A DNA stretch of 64,000 nt from an uncultured Chloroflexia bacterium (GCA_963843645.1 CAWJLE010000002.1:189909-253908), one strand, 5' to 3'. Numbered from the stretch's first letter, positions 1 to 7,800 are shown. Notes: generated by a model not told the origin, from the letters alone. Translations and numbers: made by a program.

Positions 1-2
1 TG

Positions 3-194
3 ACGGCGGGGGCGGACGCGGCGAGCGTGACCGTGTACAACAACACGGCGGGCTCGGGGGACAAGGTGTGCGTGCTGAAGGCGGCGGCGGGGACGACGGC
101 GAGCTGGTGCCCGGCGCTGGCGATCGCGTGCGGCGGCGGGCTGTACGCGGCGGTGACCGGGACGACGCCGGACGTGTCGATCGCGTACGTGTGA
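3..194 (+). CDS. hypothetical protein, 3' end (partial; first visible cistron of the co-directional 1-7.7 kb operon)
   Basis: Open frame from the window edge to TGA at ~192-194. Strong third-position G/C bias (gcg/acg/ggg/gtg codons). No start is visible in the window. Confidence 0.4.
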   Translation, partial: TAGADAASVTVYNNTAGSGDKVCVLKAAAGTTASWCPALAIACGGGLYAAVTGTTPDVSIAYV

Positions 195-330
195 GACAGC
201 GGTCAGCTGTCAGCATTCAGCTCTCAGCTGTCAGCAGAAGCCTCACCGGCCGTGAGGGTCGTTGTCATTGCTGATCGCTGATCGCTGACCGCTGAGAGCT
301 GAATGCTGACAGCTGAGTGCTGAGAGCTCG
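190..330. repeat. ~140-nt palindromic intercistronic element (CAGCTGTCAGC / GCTGAGAGCTGAATGCTGAC arms, CCTCACCGGCCGTGAGG apical hairpin), copy A
   Basis: Long perfect stem-loop read directly. An inverted copy lies at 2068-2195. The element is immediately followed by GGGAGG and a start codon. Confidence 0.7.
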
Positions 331-344
331 TCGGGGAGGGTGCG

Positions 345-479
345 GTGAGAGAGCTGGTGTGGGTGGTGGGGTACGCGGTGGTCACGGCGCTGCTGGCGTA
401 TGGACTGGGCAGGCGGCTCCGCCAGGCTGTCCGCCCGGCACAGGCCGCCGGACAGCGTGCGAGGCGGAACGGAGATTGA
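345..479 (+). CDS. small hydrophobic protein (44 aa; one predicted TM helix plus basic tail; holin-like?)
   Basis: GGGAGG RBS 5 nt before GTG. GC3-rich frame translates to VRELVWVVGYAVVTALLAYGLGRRLRQAVRPAQAAGQRARRNGD. Not in the ORF track because of the GTG start. Confidence 0.3.
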   Translation: MRELVWVVGYAVVTALLAYGLGRRLRQAVRPAQAAGQRARRNGD

Positions 480-482
480 GCG

Positions 483-689
483 GTGAAGGTGACGATCGTG
501 CGGTATGGGAAGAAGGTGTCGTTCGGGCACTTCTGCAACGAGGAGGCCCACGTCACGGTGGAAGTAGAGCCGGGCGAAGACGTGATCGCCGCGTTGAACA
601 CAGCCCGGGCGGCGGTCGATGCGACGCTGGCGCAGAGTGAGGCAGAACGGGACGCGGCGTTTGGACTGGATGAAGAGCCGCCGTTCTGA
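483..689 (+). CDS. small hypothetical protein (68 aa)
   Basis: GGAG RBS 6 nt upstream. High GC3 coding frame. Confidence 0.5.
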   Translation: MKVTIVRYGKKVSFGHFCNEEAHVTVEVEPGEDVIAALNTARAAVDATLAQSEAERDAAFGLDEEPPF

Positions 690-766
690 CCAATGGATGT
701 CGGCAATGTGCAGCGACACCGGAACGGTACCGCTGACTGCTGATAGCTGAAAGCTGAGGGCTAACT

Positions 767-2068
767 ATGGCGATGACATTGGCGGCACTGGAAGCGGCGG
801 TGGCGGCGGACCTGGACGACGTGGCGCAGGAGCTGTGGACGACCGGGCAGCTGGAGCGGGCGATCCGGAAAGCGTTGATGCGGTACAGCGAAGTGCGGCC
901 GCAAGTAGTGATGGGGACCGTTGCCTCCGCGGCGACCCGCGAGTACTCGCTGTCGTCGCTGACGGGGTTGGTGGACGTGCTGCGGGTGGAGTGGCCGTGG
1001 GTGCAGGGGGCGGGGATGACGTATCCGCCGCCGTACGTGGATTTCGACGTGCTGGACGACCGGATTTCGATTGCGCTGCGGACGGCGACGTGCCCGAAAG
1101 TGACGGACGCGCCGCTGCGGGTGACATACACGAAGACACACACGCTGTTGGGGTTGGACGGGGCGGCGGGGACGACCGTACCGGCCGAAGACGAAGAGAC
1201 CCTGATCGTGGGGGCGTGCGCCTACGCCGCGATCCAGCGGGCGCGGACCGTCGTCGAGGCCGTCAACCCCAGCGCCGACACCCCGGAGCTGTGGCAGAAG
1301 TGGGGGGAAGCCCGCCTGGCGGAGTTCGAAGCTGAGCTGGCCCGCCTGCAGGCCCGGAAGAGCGCCAAGGGACCCGGACGGACGACCGTCGTCGCGCCGG
1401 CCGGCGACCCGCGAACGCTGGGGTACCTGCGCGACCTGCTGGAGCTGGACCTCAGCGACGTCGAGAACGTGGTGTGGTCCAGCTGGGAGCTGGACCGCGC
1501 CCTGCGCAAAGCCCTGCAGGAGTACAGCGCCGTGCGGCCGCAGGAATACATCTCGACGCTGGCGGCAGCCGACAGCCGCGAGTACGCGCTGACCACGCTG
1601 AACGGGCCGCTGGTGGACGTGCAGCGGGTGTGGTGGCCGTACGACGCCGCGGCGCCCGAATATCCGCCGCAGTGGGTGGAGTTCGAGCTGTGGGACGACA
1701 AGACGATCCTGTTTGTGAAGAGCGATCCGGCGCCGCGGTTGGGGGACAAGCCCCTGCGCATCTTCTACACGAAGGTGCACACCATCGAGGACCTCGACGG
1801 GGCCACGGCGAGCACCTACGGCGCCGAGGACGAAGAAATTCTGCTGGCCGGCGCGGCCGGCTACGCGGCGGCGCAGCGAGCGCGGCAGGCCGGCGCCGAG
1901 TCCGCAGCCAAGTGGACCCGGTGGGGGGACGAGCGGCTGCGGGCCTTCAAAGCCGGCCTGGCGGCGATCGCGCGGCGGATCGAGCGGTACCACGACGCCC
2001 GCGTGGCCATCCAGTGGCCGGACCTGGAGGCCTTCGACGATAAGCACGAAGGCAGCAAGTGGGCGTGA
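767..2068 (+). CDS. hypothetical protein with internal tandem duplication (two homologous ~210-aa repeats)
   Basis: 433-aa ORF. Residues 1-~200 and ~225-430 align (…RALRKAL..YS.VRPQ…REY.L..L.G.LVDV.RV.WP…). Codon choice switches from G-ending to C-ending at ~nt 1260. Confidence 0.7.
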   Translation: MAMTLAALEAAVAADLDDVAQELWTTGQLERAIRKALMRYSEVRPQVVMGTVASAATREYSLSSLTGLVDVLRVEWPWVQGAGMTYPPPYVDFDVLDDRISIALRTATCPKVTDAPLRVTYTKTHTLLGLDGAAGTTVPAEDEETLIVGACAYAAIQRARTVVEAVNPSADTPELWQKWGEARLAEFEAELARLQARKSAKGPGRTTVVAPAGDPRTLGYLRDLLELDLSDVENVVWSSWELDRALRKALQEYSAVRPQEYISTLAAADSREYALTTLNGPLVDVQRVWWPYDAAAPEYPPQWVEFELWDDKTILFVKSDPAPRLGDKPLRIFYTKVHTIEDLDGATASTYGAEDEEILLAGAAGYAAAQRARQAGAESAAKWTRWGDERLRAFKAGLAAIARRIERYHDARVAIQWPDLEAFDDKHEGSKWA

Positions 2069-2195
2069 AGCGGTCAGCGATCAGCGATCAGCGGTCAGCG
2101 ATCAGCAACGACAACGACCCTCACGGCCGGTGAGGCTTCTGCTGACAGCTGAGAGCTGAATGCTGACCGCTGAGAGCTGATCGCTCCTCGGGAGG
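2068..2195. repeat. palindromic intercistronic element, copy B (inverted relative to copy A)
   Basis: Reverse complement matches 190-330 (…CAGCATTCAGCTCTCAGCTGTCAGCAGAAGCCTCACCGGCCGTGAGGGTCGTTGTC…). Followed by GGGAGG and ATG at 2202. Confidence 0.7.
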
Positions 2196-2201
2196 TGGGC
2201 G

Positions 2202-2903
2202 ATGGAGAGTGACGCGGCGGAGTACGGGGTGACCGTGGAGGTCGCGACGGCGGCGGCCGGCGCGAAGTGGCGGTGGGTGGCCACGCGGGTGCACCACCTG
2301 ACGGCGGGCGAGAACAACGGGAATCACAATCTGTACGTCACGCTGCTGGACGAGAACCTGGCGCGGGCGCGGACGCGCACGGCGTGGATCGCCTGGCCGA
2401 CGGAGACCACGTACGAGTACACGATCGAAACGATCCTGCAGGACAAGCCGGAGAATGAGGCGGGCGGCAACGCGCCGCTGTGGAAGCACCAGGTCGTGAG
2501 CTGCGGGGTGAACGTGAACTCGGACGAAGTGAGCGACGTCGTGCGTGGGATCCACACCGAGCATCCGGACGAGCCGCCGGCCACCCCTGGGGGGAACCTG
2601 GGCAACACGCTGTATCACCACTCGTTTCTGGTGGAGTTCACGCGGACGGCGGTAGGCGACCCTGAGCCCACGCCGGACCCGGGCCCGGGCGACGAGGACG
2701 ACGAGGCCTCGGGCGACGAGGACATGCCGGCGTTGGGGGACGTCCCGGAACGGTACTGGGGGTGGATCGAGACGGCGAGCCACGCGCTGAGTCTGGCCAT
2801 GTATCGGCTGAACGTGGTGGTGGCGGCCGGGCCGGCGGTCGGAGACCGGGCGGCGCGAGCGGCGGCCGGCGTCGACGAGGTGCGAAAGGCGTTGACAGGT
2901 TAG
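2202..2903 (+). CDS. hypothetical acidic protein (233 aa)
   Basis: RBS GGGAGG. Uniform G-ending codon usage. Asp/Glu-rich segment PDPGPGDEDDEASGDED. Confidence 0.65.
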   Translation: MESDAAEYGVTVEVATAAAGAKWRWVATRVHHLTAGENNGNHNLYVTLLDENLARARTRTAWIAWPTETTYEYTIETILQDKPENEAGGNAPLWKHQVVSCGVNVNSDEVSDVVRGIHTEHPDEPPATPGGNLGNTLYHHSFLVEFTRTAVGDPEPTPDPGPGDEDDEASGDEDMPALGDVPERYWGWIETASHALSLAMYRLNVVVAAGPAVGDRAARAAAGVDEVRKALTG

Positions 2904-2937
2904 AACGTTGGAACGTTGGAACGTGTGAACGAGGTAG
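2899..2937. repeat. tandem GAACGTTG octamer repeats (AACGTT palindrome cores) upstream of the 2940 gene
   Basis: ttagaacgttggaacgttggaacgtgtgaacgagg read directly. A matching array lies downstream of the gene. Confidence 0.55.
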
Positions 2938-2939
2938 TC

Positions 2940-3926
2940 ATGGGCATACACAAGGGGATCGTGCGGGGGTACGAGGCGGGGACGGGGCTGGTGAGCGTGG
3001 AGCTGGTGGGGAGCCATCCGAGCTTCGTGCAAGTGCCGGCCGGGGCGCACCTGGGGGCGGTGAATCTGGTCGACGGGCGGCGGTGCGCGGTGGTGTTCTT
3101 CGACGAGAGTAACGCGCGGGACGGGCTGGTGGTGGCCACGTACGACGTCGTGGCAGACGCGCACCACACCACGCACGAGAGCGGCGGGGCCGACGAAATC
3201 AGCGTGGCGGGGCTGGCCGGCCAGCTGGCCGAGGCGCAGACGCCCCAAGACTGGACCGCTGCCGGCGAGACCTGGACGTACGCCAGCGCCACGACGGTGA
3301 CCGTAGCCGGCGACGTCACGGGCAAGTACGCCGTGGGCGACAAAGTGCGGCTCAAGCAAGGCGGCGCGTACAAGTACTTCTACGTCGTGAGCGCCACGTA
3401 CAGCGCCCCCAACACCACCCTCACCCTGTACGCCGGCTCGGATTACACCGTGGCCAACGCGGCGATCACCGACCAGGCGTACTCGAAGCTGGCCACGCCC
3501 CAGGGCTTTCCGCACTGGTTCTACTACACGCCCACCTGGACCAGCGGGAGCAACCCGCAGCCGGCCAGTCCCGGCCTGCTGCGCGGCCGCTTCACCCTCA
3601 ACGGCCGACTGTTGTCGTTCGAGTTCGTACTCGTGTACGGACCGTCGACGACCGCGGGCACCGGGCAATGGATCTTTCAGCTGCCGTGGTCCATGGCCGC
3701 GTCGGCCTGGTCGTACGACTGGGCGTACAACTTCCGGGCGCAGATCATCGACGCCGGCACGGGCTACTACTCGCCCGGCCTGTGGGGCTATCCGGCCAGC
3801 GCGGCCACGATCTACGTCATGTTCAACAACTCATTCGGCGTGGGCGGCAACCTCCTGCAGGCCACAGTGCCAATGACCTGGGCCAACGGCGACGTGCTGC
3901 ACGTCAGCGGCGAGTACGAGGTGTGA
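2940..3926 (+). CDS. hypothetical protein (β-rich; possible structural/virion-like protein)
   Basis: ORF track 2916..3926. ATG at 2940 preceded by GAGGTAG. Ser/Thr/Tyr/Gly-rich composition. Codon usage shifts G3→C3 at ~nt 3170. Confidence 0.6.
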   Translation: MGIHKGIVRGYEAGTGLVSVELVGSHPSFVQVPAGAHLGAVNLVDGRRCAVVFFDESNARDGLVVATYDVVADAHHTTHESGGADEISVAGLAGQLAEAQTPQDWTAAGETWTYASATTVTVAGDVTGKYAVGDKVRLKQGGAYKYFYVVSATYSAPNTTLTLYAGSDYTVANAAITDQAYSKLATPQGFPHWFYYTPTWTSGSNPQPASPGLLRGRFTLNGRLLSFEFVLVYGPSTTAGTGQWIFQLPWSMAASAWSYDWAYNFRAQIIDAGTGYYSPGLWGYPASAATIYVMFNNSFGVGGNLLQATVPMTWANGDVLHVSGEYEV

Positions 3927-3927
3927 A

Positions 3928-3975
3928 ACGGGCATTGGAACGTTTGAACGTTTGAACGTTTGAACGTTGGACACC
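3928..3975. repeat. tandem GAACGTTT octamer repeats (4 copies) downstream of the 2940 gene and upstream of the 4024 gene
   Basis: ggaacgtttgaacgtttgaacgtttgaacgttgga read directly. Confidence 0.55.
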
Positions 3976-4023
3976 GCCTGTACGTCTGTCGGTGCAGGAC
4001 GTTGGACTGAGAGGAGCAATGAC

Positions 4024-5223
4024 ATGGGCGAGGCAGCCGAAGGGGCGCGACCGCGGACGGCGGGCGAAGTGTGGGCCGCGGCGAAGGCGGAGCTGGCCGG
4101 GCAAATGACGGGCGCCACGTACGAGCTGTACGTCAGCCGGACGACGGCGGCGGCGCCGGACGCGGACGTCCACGTGGGCGGCGAGCTGGCGGTGGTGGCC
4201 GGCAACGCCCAGGCCGTGGAGTGGCTGGACAAGCGCCTGGGGGCGGTCATCACCCGCACCCTGTGCGGCATCCTGGGCGGCACGGTCAACGTCAGCTACC
4301 AGGTAGCCGCGCCGACGCCGGCGCCGGCCCCCGCCGCGGAACTCGGGCAGCTGGAGCGCGAAGTTCGGGTCGTGGATCGGCGGCGGGGGTTCAGCATCCT
4401 GGAGAACGTCATCGTGGACGAGTACCTGCCGCTGATGGGCTCGACCGTGTTCGCCGTGTACGCCCTGTACAGCCGGCTGGTGAACTACGATCAGGGCTAC
4501 GCCTGGCCCTCGTATCGGACCATCTGCGCCCACCTGCACATCGGGCCGGCGACGCTGGCGGAAGCGAACCAGGTCCTGCAGGTCTTGGGGCTGATCGAAG
4601 TCCGCCCGGGCGACGTGCGGAGCCCCAACGCCTATTACCTGCTCGATGCCGGCGCGATCGACGACGCGCGCCAGGCGGCGATTCTGGCGGCCGCGGCGGC
4701 CTGGGTTCCACCCACGGCGGGGAGCCCGGCCCGCAAGCGCATCGAGGGCGGGCTGAATTCCACCCAGGGCCGGGTCGGCGCGCCGTGGAGCGGCGGCGGG
4801 CGCCCTCGAGGAGATCACAGCACGGCGGAGGGCGCTTCTGATCAGAAGCACCCTGTTACTGACGAGAAGCACCCTGCTTCTAATCAGAAGCACCCTGCTT
4901 CTGGCCCAGAAGCAGAACAAGACAAACAAACAGAACAAACACCAATTGTGGGTCCAGAAACTGTTGTTGTGGATGTGGTTGTGGCCCGCGCTGGCCGCAC
5001 GGACAGTGCGTCCAAAACCGTCGACGACGAAATTTCCGGACACACTCTCCTGGACGAGCTGGTGGCGCTGGGCGTGCAACGGCGGACGGCCCTGGACGCG
5101 GTGATGACGAACGACCGCCGGCGCGTGGCCGGCTGGCTGCGCTACACCCTGGAGCAGGACAACCTCCGCAACCCCGCCGGCTTCCTGCTGAGCATGCTGG
5201 GCACCGGCCGCCAGCCGCCGTAA
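4024..5223 (+). CDS. winged-helix replication-initiator-like protein with an in-frame low-GC 21-nt ×3 tandem-repeat linker
   Basis: ORF 3967..5223. ATG at 4024 after GAGGAG. The segment LPLMGSTVFAVYALYSRLVNYDQGYAWPSYRTICAHLHIGPATLAEANQVLQVLGLIEV resembles initiator/DnaD-type winged helices. Repeats encode (D/E/N)QKHPxx at 4840-4905. Confidence 0.5.
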   Translation: MGEAAEGARPRTAGEVWAAAKAELAGQMTGATYELYVSRTTAAAPDADVHVGGELAVVAGNAQAVEWLDKRLGAVITRTLCGILGGTVNVSYQVAAPTPAPAPAAELGQLEREVRVVDRRRGFSILENVIVDEYLPLMGSTVFAVYALYSRLVNYDQGYAWPSYRTICAHLHIGPATLAEANQVLQVLGLIEVRPGDVRSPNAYYLLDAGAIDDARQAAILAAAAAWVPPTAGSPARKRIEGGLNSTQGRVGAPWSGGGRPRGDHSTAEGASDQKHPVTDEKHPASNQKHPASGPEAEQDKQTEQTPIVGPETVVVDVVVARAGRTDSASKTVDDEISGHTLLDELVALGVQRRTALDAVMTNDRRRVAGWLRYTLEQDNLRNPAGFLLSMLGTGRQPP

Positions 5224-5232
5224 GGGAATCGA

Positions 5233-5339
5233 CCGCAGATGAACGCAGATAAAAGCAGATAAAGACAAGAAACAGAAACGACAAAAAAACAATTGCTTTT
5301 GATCTGTCGTTATCTGTGTTCATCTGCGTTCATCTGCGG
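5233..5339. repeat. AT-rich iteron-like palindromic element (GCAGAT[A/G]AA short repeats in inverted arms around an A-rich spacer)
   Basis: cgcagatgaacgcagataaaagcagataaagacaag … ctgtcgttatctgtgttcatctgcgttcatctgcgg. Related copies at 43555-43650 and 45558-45728. Confidence 0.6.
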
Positions 5340-5374
5340 TTAACTGTCTTTCAGAGACGATTGGGGGTGGGGCA

Positions 5375-7711
5375 TTGAAGGCGTGTTCGGACGAGCTGCT
5401 GGCGGCGATGGCGGGGAAGTCGCTGCAGGCGGAGCTGCAGGTGATCGTCGACGATCGGGCGGTGGGGACACCACGGGCGCGGTGGGAAGACTTCTACAGC
5501 GGGCCGCGGGGCTACGGGCACACCGCGTTTCAGCACATGACCGTGGTGGGCAGCACGCTGTTCGTGGTGGCCTTCGTGAACAGCGCGGGGCAGCTCCTGC
5601 GGCAGAAGCTGAGCGAGGGGACGGCGCCGAACGACGCCTGGTGGCGCACGGCCGGCTCGAACGTCAAGGCCGGCACGCCGATCGCCATGGCGGCGGGGCC
5701 GTACGTGCCGGATGCGTTGGTGTTCTGGGTGGACGCCGACGGGCGGAGTATCAAGTATGCCGACGCCTACACCGACGCCCCCAGCGGCGTCGGGACCACG
5801 GTCGACACCCTGGCGGCCGGGCACACCTGCCTCGGCCTGGCCGCGGTGCGGGTCGACTCCGCGGGGGGCTACGGCATCCGCCTGGCCCTGGTGTACGTCG
5901 ACGGCGCCACCGCCAACGGCAGCGGGGCCGACAAGACCGTCAAGGTCAAGCTGACCGCCGACGGCAGCACCTGGAGCGCCGCCATCGACACCGGCATCCC
6001 GGCCGGCCAAAGCTGCTACGGCGTGGCCGCCCTGAACTACGGCACCACGGCCACCCACGCCGGCCTGCACCTGGTGGTGGCCGGCAAGTACCACGACCTG
6101 GCCCAGGGCGACAACGTCAACGTCTACGCCGTGTCGATCGACGTCGCCGCCAACACCGCCGGCGCGACCTGGCTCGGCTGTCCCCTGCAGGCCAGCAAAG
6201 GGGCCACGGTGAACTGGCGGTACCCGAGCCTCATGCCCGAAACCAGCCTGGACCGCTGCCGCTGCTTTCTGCAGCGCTACGACGGCAGCCTGGCGAGCGA
6301 CAAACGCTGGCGGACCGGCAGCGTCGCCGTGCAGACCCTGGCCGATGGGGCCGTCCTCTTCGGCGACTGGATGCCGTTCGACGCGCGCTGCGCCGTGACC
6401 GTCGGCGTGGGCCGCGTGTGGAACTACCTGTGGTGCCTGTGCGGCGACCACATGTGGCGGGCGCCGTTGTACGACGGCGGCGCCACGTACCGCGTCGACC
6501 TCACCGCCGACGTCGTCGGCCTGCAGCACGCCTACTACGACAACACCCTGTTCCTCGAGGACGTCACCAAAGCCGGCTGGGGTTACCTCATCCTCGACAA
6601 CCATGACAACCGCTATCAGAACCTCGGCCAGAGCGGCAAGTACCAGGCCGTCAAACGCGGCGCCCAGGTCGTCATGAAGGTCGGCTACCGCTGGCGTGAC
6701 CCCGCCACCAGCCAGTGGGTCAGCGAAACCAAGATCCTGCCGCCCATGTGGATCTCGCGGATCATTCAGGTCAACAACCCCGCCGTCAGCACGGCCGGCG
6801 GATTACCGCGGCTGAGCGTGCAGGGCGCGCCCAGCCTGGGCGGCTCGTTCATCGTCCTCAGCCTGTACGACGGGTGGGCCATCACCACCCACCGCCTGGC
6901 CAAGTACTACTTCGGGTGGGACAGTGCCCGGCCGCGCAGCGTCCTGCAGGACGCCTTCCTGACCGGCATGGGGTTCACCTACAGCGACGACGGCACGGCG
7001 GCCCTCGGCGTGGCCGAGACCGGCGTCGTGCGGCAGACCCTGCAGGGCAAGCCCTACTGGGCCATGATCAAAGACATCCTCAACACCGTCGGCTGCCGCA
7101 TGAAGTTCTACACCGAAGACGACGAAGAGGCCACCAGCCCCACCGTGCGGGTCCACGTCTTCACCACCACAGCCGCGGACCAGGCCGACGCCGCGTATGG
7201 CGACACCGGCGAGCCCCGCCTGTACGCCAGTATCTACTGGGAGCAAGACCGGGCCAGCTGGCTGCGGTGGATGTGGTGGTACCAGGTCGTCGAGGACGCC
7301 GCGGCCGCGATCGCGTCGGCCGGCTCGCCCCTGGTGGGCGCCCCGATCACCGGCGCGCGGGTCGAGGGCAAAGACGTCGCGGCGGAGTACATCGCCTTCG
7401 ACGAAGTCGAGCGCCTCGGGCTCTACCAGCCGATGACCATCCTCGACGACAACATCACCACGGCCGAGGCCGCCGAAGCGCGGGCCGCGTTCGCGGCCTC
7501 GCAGGCGGTGCAAGGCATGCAGAGCGGCTGCATCCTCGTGCCCGTGCATCCGGGCTTGGAGCTGTGGGACCGCATCGAGATCACCGACGCGAAGGCCTGC
7601 TTCAACCCGATGAGCCGGCGGGTCGCCGGCGTCGAAACGTTTTATGACAAGCGGGGTAAGCGCTGCCAGTACGAGCAGGTGGTGTATCTGTGGGGACTGG
7701 AGCCGTGGTGA
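5375..7711 (+). CDS. large hypothetical protein (778 aa)
   Basis: Long ORF with consistent GC3. TTG/alternative start per ORF track. No recognisable catalytic motif. G3-type codons in the first ~100 codons, C3-type thereafter. Confidence 0.7.
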   Translation: MKACSDELLAAMAGKSLQAELQVIVDDRAVGTPRARWEDFYSGPRGYGHTAFQHMTVVGSTLFVVAFVNSAGQLLRQKLSEGTAPNDAWWRTAGSNVKAGTPIAMAAGPYVPDALVFWVDADGRSIKYADAYTDAPSGVGTTVDTLAAGHTCLGLAAVRVDSAGGYGIRLALVYVDGATANGSGADKTVKVKLTADGSTWSAAIDTGIPAGQSCYGVAALNYGTTATHAGLHLVVAGKYHDLAQGDNVNVYAVSIDVAANTAGATWLGCPLQASKGATVNWRYPSLMPETSLDRCRCFLQRYDGSLASDKRWRTGSVAVQTLADGAVLFGDWMPFDARCAVTVGVGRVWNYLWCLCGDHMWRAPLYDGGATYRVDLTADVVGLQHAYYDNTLFLEDVTKAGWGYLILDNHDNRYQNLGQSGKYQAVKRGAQVVMKVGYRWRDPATSQWVSETKILPPMWISRIIQVNNPAVSTAGGLPRLSVQGAPSLGGSFIVLSLYDGWAITTHRLAKYYFGWDSARPRSVLQDAFLTGMGFTYSDDGTAALGVAETGVVRQTLQGKPYWAMIKDILNTVGCRMKFYTEDDEEATSPTVRVHVFTTTAADQADAAYGDTGEPRLYASIYWEQDRASWLRWMWWYQVVEDAAAAIASAGSPLVGAPITGARVEGKDVAAEYIAFDEVERLGLYQPMTILDDNITTAEAAEARAAFAASQAVQGMQSGCILVPVHPGLELWDRIEITDAKACFNPMSRRVAGVETFYDKRGKRCQYEQVVYLWGLEPW

Positions 7712-7721
7712 GGGGGGGGAA

Positions 7722-7800
7722 TTCTCTCTTGGAGGCGCAACGATTTCGGAGTATACTAACTGGATTCATAAGCCAACGGTTGAATGCGAAATCCGGAATC
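7722..7800 (+). promoter_or_regulatory. conserved promoter plus structured leader, copy 1 (TTGGAG-17-TATACT, then GATTTCGGAGTATACT…AAGCCAACGGTTG…GCGAAATC)
   Basis: About 80 nt nearly identical to 29996-30076. Contains a σ70-like -35/-10 with 17-nt spacer and a GATTTCG/CGAAATC inverted repeat. Confidence 0.45.

Noticed and set aside
5233-5339. Unique replication origin next to the initiator-like gene
   Set aside because: Related elements occur twice inside a sugar ABC operon, so a dispersed repeat family is more parsimonious. Retained only as a low-confidence possibility.
761-6604. Long minus-strand ORFs (761..2047, 2121..3668, 3904..5292, 5351..6604) antisense to the plus-strand operon
   Set aside because: Typical high-GC antisense artefacts: poor third-position bias, Arg/Pro/Gly-rich nonsense translations. 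Plus-strand frames have consistent GC3 and RBSs.
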